In this document: positions 1-64,000 of the stretch, one piece after another
Numbering within the stretch: the first letter of the stretch is position 1
How the letters are laid out: every line of letters begins with the position of its first letter
Assembly (NCBI RefSeq): GCF_006345805.1
Contig: NC_043019.1
Location: 20,335,360 to 20,399,359 of the forward strand
Length of the DNA: 64,000 nucleotides
Reading direction: 5' to 3'
Origin: Octopus sinensis
Lineage: Eukaryota
Program-made: the position numbers and the translations under genes
The notes under the pieces: model-generated
Database searches by the model: none
Told to the model about the DNA's origin: nothing
What the model saw: the letters and a program-made list of their open reading frames with translations, nothing else

Positions 1-425
1 AGGGCTGTATAATGAAATCAATTATCTTTTGAAAATAATTCATATATTATATATATATATATTATATATTATGTATATATATATATATTATATATATATC
101 TAATATTTCAAAAATATAAGGGAACAAACCTGTTGAAATATGTTCACTTCATGTTTTGTTTTCTTCTACTTTGTTTAGAAAAACTTGTTTTCCTCCCGTT
201 GTCTCTTAAACTTTAAATGTTCTTGAACCTTCCCTCTCTTTCTCTCTGAATATCTCTCAGTTGCTTTTAGTTTCAGATATTTCAACAACAATAAAAAATA
301 TTTGCTGTCATCATGAAGGCATATATATATATATAGATATAGTAGGCTTGGCTATATAAATATATCATCCAGTATATATCATCATGGGCAGGTTGATGAT
401 ATATAAATATATATATACACACACA

Positions 426-578
426 CAGGGTGTCTAGAAAGTCTTGCCCAGTTTTTATTTCATTGTACATCGTTTCATCCATAATCATTATTCATCATTG
501 TTCTATACAATAAAATTAACTGAATAACCTACAATAGATTTCAAAATAAGAATCGGGTGAAACTTTTTAGATACCCTG
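426..578. mobile_element. Small Tc1/mariner-type MITE
   Basis: cagggtgtctagaaagt / actttttagataccctg followed by TA. Confidence 0.5.
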
Positions 579-590
579 TATATAGCAAGC

Positions 591-842
591 GGAACCTTAG
601 TGGTGGTAAATACCCAAGCGAGGTGTATACCAAAGGCAACTCTTCAGGTCAAGAGTATCTTGGACTAAATGAAGCTTACTTTGTTGTTAGTAAGTCCATG
701 TTAACACATGTAGGAATTCAATCAGTGTGTTAACATGGGCCTCCTAATGACAAAGTATACTACATTCAATCAAGATACCCTTGGCTTGGAGAGTAGCCTG
801 CAGGATACACTTCGCTTGGATATTTACCACTTCCAAGGTTCC
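591..842. mobile_element. Fold-back MITE (Tigger/pogo-like ends) with ~120-bp imperfect inverted arms
   Basis: ggaacctt/aaggttcc, gtggtaaatacccaagcgagg/cttcgcttggatatttaccac, ccatgttaacaca/tgtgttaacatgg. Confidence 0.7.
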
Positions 843-959
843 ACTATATACACACACACACACATATTGTAGATCTGTCTATACAAAATATTGCCACCTT
901 TCTATAAGATATAGAACCCAGTGTTATATATATATATATATATATATTTAATAGGCCTA

Positions 960-1005
<46 letters not shown>

Positions 1006-1379
1006 CCAACTGTTTATATTATATAAATATATTAGAGGCCTATCTATATGAAAATATCATCCAGCTGTCTATATAAATATATTGTATGCCTATCTATATA
1101 AATGTTATTCTTCAGTGCTCTATATAAATATATTGTAGAACTGTGTGTATATAAATATATTATCCAGCTCTCTATATAAATATACTGTAGGCCTGTCCTT
1201 ATGAAAATATTATCCAACTGTCTATATAAATATATTCCACATGTCTATATAAATATATGATAAACTTGACTATAGAAATATGTCAGTTATGAGTATAGAT
1301 ATATAAATTGCCATATATATCTGTATAAATGCAACTATAGAAATATATTACTATCCAGTCCGCACTGTTTTATATATAT

Positions 1380-1381
1380 CT

Positions 1382-1459
<78 letters not shown>

Positions 1460-1507
1460 ATATAATATATATCCCTTTATAAATTTATCACAGACCAATC
1501 TGTAGAA

Positions 1508-1539
<32 letters not shown>

Positions 1540-1553
1540 GTATGTATATATAT

Positions 1554-1609
<56 letters not shown>

Positions 1610-1660
1610 TACATATATATATATATATGTACGTACATACATACATATATATATATATAC
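1380..1660. repeat. Long (TA)n microsatellite; others at ~35920-36170, 12755-12800, 28215-28265, 41260-41295
   Basis: Direct. Confidence 0.95.
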
Positions 1661-2161
1661 ACATACACACTTCTAACCTTTCTACAAGTATTTATTGCAT
1701 ATATGTCTGTAGAAATATATTATAGACATTTGCATATAAATATTTATTCCATGTGTCTTAAAAAGACTAAAAAAGTTTTTTTTTAAAAACTGCTTGGAAC
1801 ATTATTTTTACAGTTTGTTTTTTCTAATTGACAAAAGGTGGGGTTTTTTTTATGGGAGTTGGGTATTTTTTTTTTTAATATTATTTTATTATTATCATTA
1901 TTATCTTTATTTTAATGCTGCAAATATTGCAGACATGGAGAGAGGAAAACTGAACTTTCAGAGAACTGGCAAGGAACATAGTTAGTTAAGACCAGAACAT
2001 TTTCATTTTCATTTTTTTTTTTTCAGAGCGACATGATTTCTTGGTTCTGCATCAGTCAACAAAAAACCAAGTGGATGGAAAATTTTTCATTCAGAGTTTT
2101 GGTCATCAATGAAAAAAAAAAAATAATAAAACCCTAAAAAAAGGTCCAGGTTTCATAAACA

Positions 2162-63501
<61,340 letters not shown>

Positions 63502-63518
63502 GTTCAAACAGTTAAGGA
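63502..63518 (-). promoter_or_regulatory. Putative U12-type branch point (TCCTTAAC) and AC 3' splice site
   Basis: Minus strand reads ttcTCCTTAACtgtttgaAC|ATGGCTG; branch adenosines at -11/-12. Confidence 0.7.
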
Positions 63519-64000
63519 GAAATAAGCACAAAAAAACTAGAGCGTCACTGAATGTGGCACATCCACTAAACACAAACATTTCCATATAGATCAGTATCAG
63601 CAGAAATAAGGAATTCCAACACATACAGGGTTACCAATATTTTGAAGAAAGGAAGGAAGATTAGGGTAGTGTTGCTTAAATCAACCTAAATTTTTGCAAA
63701 CAAATACACCAAGAGGGTGGTCTGCAAAACTTAAATCTATTGTATTAATAATAGTTTCAAATTTTGGCACAAGGCCAGCAATTTCGGAGTAGAGAGTAAG
63801 TTGATTACACCAACCCCAGAGCAGAAGTAATGGGGGAGCATCATAGCCATGTGTTGAGAGGAATTCTTTGGGGTTTTAGAAAATTCACCTTTGGAAACAT
63901 GGGTGTTTTGTTCAACATCCTTAACCCTTTCATTACTGTATTTATTTTGAGATGTTCTGTGTTTCTTTCAATTACTTTAAATATAACAAAGAATTTAGTA

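Noticed and set aside
282-1786. Y/I-rich ORFs over (TA)n tracts (also 35805-36234, 58720-59774)
   Set aside because: Translations of microsatellites; no coding signal.

Overview
AT-rich, microsatellite- and SINE-dense animal genomic DNA. The repeat families look like octopus (coleoid cephalopod); this is recognition from memory, not a search result. The whole window is spanned by one minus-strand gene, a PLCL1/PLCL2 (PRIP)-type phospholipase C-like gene. I assembled 22 coding exons (63501 down to the TGA at 2162-2164) into a phase-consistent 2500-nt partial CDS of about 832 aa: EF hands, X box, linker, Y box, C2 and the PLCL-specific C-terminal tail. The N-terminus and PH domain lie beyond the right edge. 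Introns hold several SINE families, RTE/CR1 LINE fragments, a decayed DD34D mariner, a Gypsy solo LTR and gag remnant, non-autonomous Helitrons, hAT/piggyBac/8-bp-TSD MITEs and minisatellites. Main points of interest: (1) the PLCL orthologue keeps the full PI-PLC catalytic residue set, including the second His that vertebrate PRIPs lack; (2) the most upstream exon appears to be entered through a minor-spliceosome (U12, AT-AC type) acceptor; (3) a near-intact type I hammerhead ribozyme lies on the pre-mRNA sense strand in intron 10, with related degenerate motifs elsewhere; (4) several fold-backs and an inverted duplication could form long dsRNA; (5) head-less SINE concatemers share one fixed junction at independent loci. 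No CRISPR, rRNA or genuine tRNA gene was found. Repeat boundaries are approximate unless a target-site duplication (TSD) is quoted.
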